A stretch of DNA of 64,000 nucleotides from positions 372,001-436,000 of the forward strand of contig NW_027590142.1 of the NCBI RefSeq assembly GCF_964213995.1, in the 5' to 3' direction. The stretch comes from Mustelus asterias (taxonomy: Eukaryota). The translations under genes were made by a program, and so were the position numbers. Positions 61,609-64,000 of the stretch are shown here, piece by piece (position 1 is the stretch's first letter; each line of letters opens with the position of its first letter). The notes beneath the pieces are model-generated. The model was not told where the DNA came from and did not search any database. It saw only the letters and a list, made by a program, of their open reading frames with translations.

Positions 61609-64000
61609 AAGTAATATTCGATAATTGATCCAGTGAGGGGAGTGGTTAATGGTTGGACAGTGTTATTGTCTTTAATTGCAACATGGTGGAATAACTAATC
61701 AACTCTACTCAAGGGCAATTAGGGATGACTCTAAATGAATAAAGAAAATCACAATGATGGAACCTATCCTCACAAGTAAACAAATAATTTTGACAAAGCT
61801 TCTGCCCTATTCTGAAGCGTCGAGCCAATATGGAACAACTGCCATGAGTTTGTATATCGGCCGATGGCTCAATGGATGATACATCTGACCATGGGTCAGA
61901 TGGTTCCATGTTCGAATTCTGGCTTGCTCGGTGCAACTTTTAAAATAAGTTTACAATTTCCATGTTACTTTCGATGACCGTCTTTAATAACTTTAGACCG
62001 ACTCAGATAAATGCTGATGAACTGCAGTTTGCTTCTCTGCAGAGATGTTTCTTAGGAAATTCTTTTTCAACAGAAACCGACTGTTTAAAGTTAAATTCTA
62101 CTGAAAGATTAGCCTTAAGTAGGTTTAAACGAGCTTTTTTAAACGAACTTTTGATATATTGTTTGGAAAACATGTTGATAAGTTTAAGCTTTTTTTTTAA
62201 AAGTTGGAGCCGTCTGGATGATGGTATGGAAAAGTTAATTCGGAAAATGCTGAAACTAGTTTCCAAAAAGTTGACCAACACTTGTCAAATTCTAAGGAAG
62301 AATTTGTTTCAAGTATGTTTAGTGCTAAGAAGTTCACAAGATATTTCAGTTCGATACCAGTTTTTCAAATGTTGACCAATTCTAGTTAAACCCCATGGAG
62401 AAATATCTTTGAATAAGTTTCGTTTTGAAATGTTCACAAATTAGCCAGAAGGTGGAGATGTTGTAGTTGTTCTCCAAGGGAGCGGAGGAGATTGAGGAGA
62501 GATGTAATCGAGGTGGATGAGATTCGGACAGGTTTTGCTCAGGTAGATAAATAAAATATGTTCCCATTAACTCGTGGTGCTAACGGGTCGGGGCATGGAA
62601 GGGGACATTTTTTTAAGGTTTTGGGCAATTGACGGAGGGGGGAGGGCGATGGAGGAGGAACATTTTTCCGCAGTGAGTACTAAGCACCAGAACACTTTGC
62701 CTCCGAGAGTGGTGGATGGGGTTATTTTAGGTAAATAGAAATTCTGAGGCCGGAAGGTTGACCTCCTCAGAAAGAAAATGGATCTCTAGGAACATTATGT
62801 GGCCGCTAAAAGGAACTGCTCGATTGAATTTGACCTGTAAAGGCACCCACTGCTGTGTTGTTTGTTAAGAATCTCGCTGATGTTAAATGTGAGGGTACCC
62901 CAAAGTACAAAAAGATTAATTGGAACACAAATTATTAATTGTGGGAATTTTCAATTTGATACAATGTATAAAAAAAGGAAATGAGTGAGACATGGCCCAG
63001 CCTCGTTGCAAATAATTAATAATTGATAGTTATTAAATTAAAGCAGGCACACAACAGTTCAGCAGGACACTTAACTTCAATAATGGCCACACACACAAAG
63101 TATCTCATGAGCATCTCCCCTTTTCCCAGCTGTCCAGGTTCCTGACCTCTGAGAACTGCCCCTCTCCCTAATATCATTCGAAATTATATAACCAAATGAG
63201 TTCAATGCAGATTATAGTGACCAGCCACGGGTCATTTTCCAGTTTGGGAAAACTTTCTTCAGTCCAGCGTAGCGGTTCTTCTCTGTTAGAGTTTCTTTTT
63301 AAACAGCAGCTTTTTTCTGTACATTGCCTTTCTGCAGAGTCTGCTTTCTCCAGCTGGCTGTGGCTATTGTAGTCGCTATTCCTCTCCTCCTGTACGCAGC
63401 TCCCATGGCTATAGTTTCCATTCCATTTGATATTCTGCTATTTTATTTACACCTCTTCACTTCAATCCATAATCACTCAAGTCCACATTTGTTTTCCTGC
63501 GGTTTTGCTAATTCGCATATCAAAAACCCCTTCAGACAGATGTACTTTTATTAATCCAATCCTCCAGCTTATTTTATCCAAATTTGAACTTAAATCTTTA
63601 TATTTATAAATCTTGTAATGTTCTGGGGACGGAAGTTGGGGATGGCCTCCATTCTGAACGCGAGAGGCAGGCCAAGGCTTTCTTCAGGGAAGTCCTAATA
63701 TCTGCACACCATGTTGTTCGGGCCTGGGTGAAAGATTTTAGTCGGAATTCCACTGCGAACGAGAAGGGAGAAATTGGTGCTCAGCCAAATCTACGTTTGC
63801 TGCAGCGGGACCGGAGAAATCCAGCTGCGGTCGAGGTCAGAGAAACTCATGTCATAGCATTCTGCGTCCACCTGGTCGCAGTTGGATCACAGCTATGTTT
63901 CCAGACTGTAGAGCTTTTCCATGTCAATGATTTTTAAAGGAGGTCCTCTCCCAGTTTTTGCTCCACTAGTCAATGTCTCTGGTCACTTTGCACCAGATTG

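Noticed and set aside
1-64000. J segments, constant exons or NAR-TCR V domains
   Set aside because: No FGXG/WGXG J with RSS, C1 domain or NAR-type V was recognised by eye; short decayed ones could have been missed

Overview
Repeat-rich vertebrate genomic DNA, almost certainly from a shark (elasmobranch V-SINE and Deu-type SINE copies, CR1 LINEs, shark-type IgM VH). It looks like part of an antigen-receptor locus in which immunoglobulin and T-cell-receptor segments are interspersed. The left end (minus strand) has an intact IgM-type VH gene (leader, 131-bp intron, V exon, 23-RSS) followed by a D1-type segment with 12/22 RSSs; the cluster runs off the window. A decayed tandem copy of that VH and its upstream region lies at ~13-17.5 kb. 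The right part (plus strand) has an intact TCR alpha/delta-type V (leader, intron, V exon, 23-RSS) and a truncated TCR V relic. In between are an inverted segmental duplication, many CR1 copies (one with intact ORF2; one inserted into a copy of itself, giving long inverted repeats), Penelope-like hairpin insertions with hammerhead cores, SINEs, two tRNA pseudogenes, minisatellites and several unexplained exon-like relics. Most short ORFs in the track are noise or antisense to repeats. Coordinates of decayed repeats are approximate; no database searches were run.
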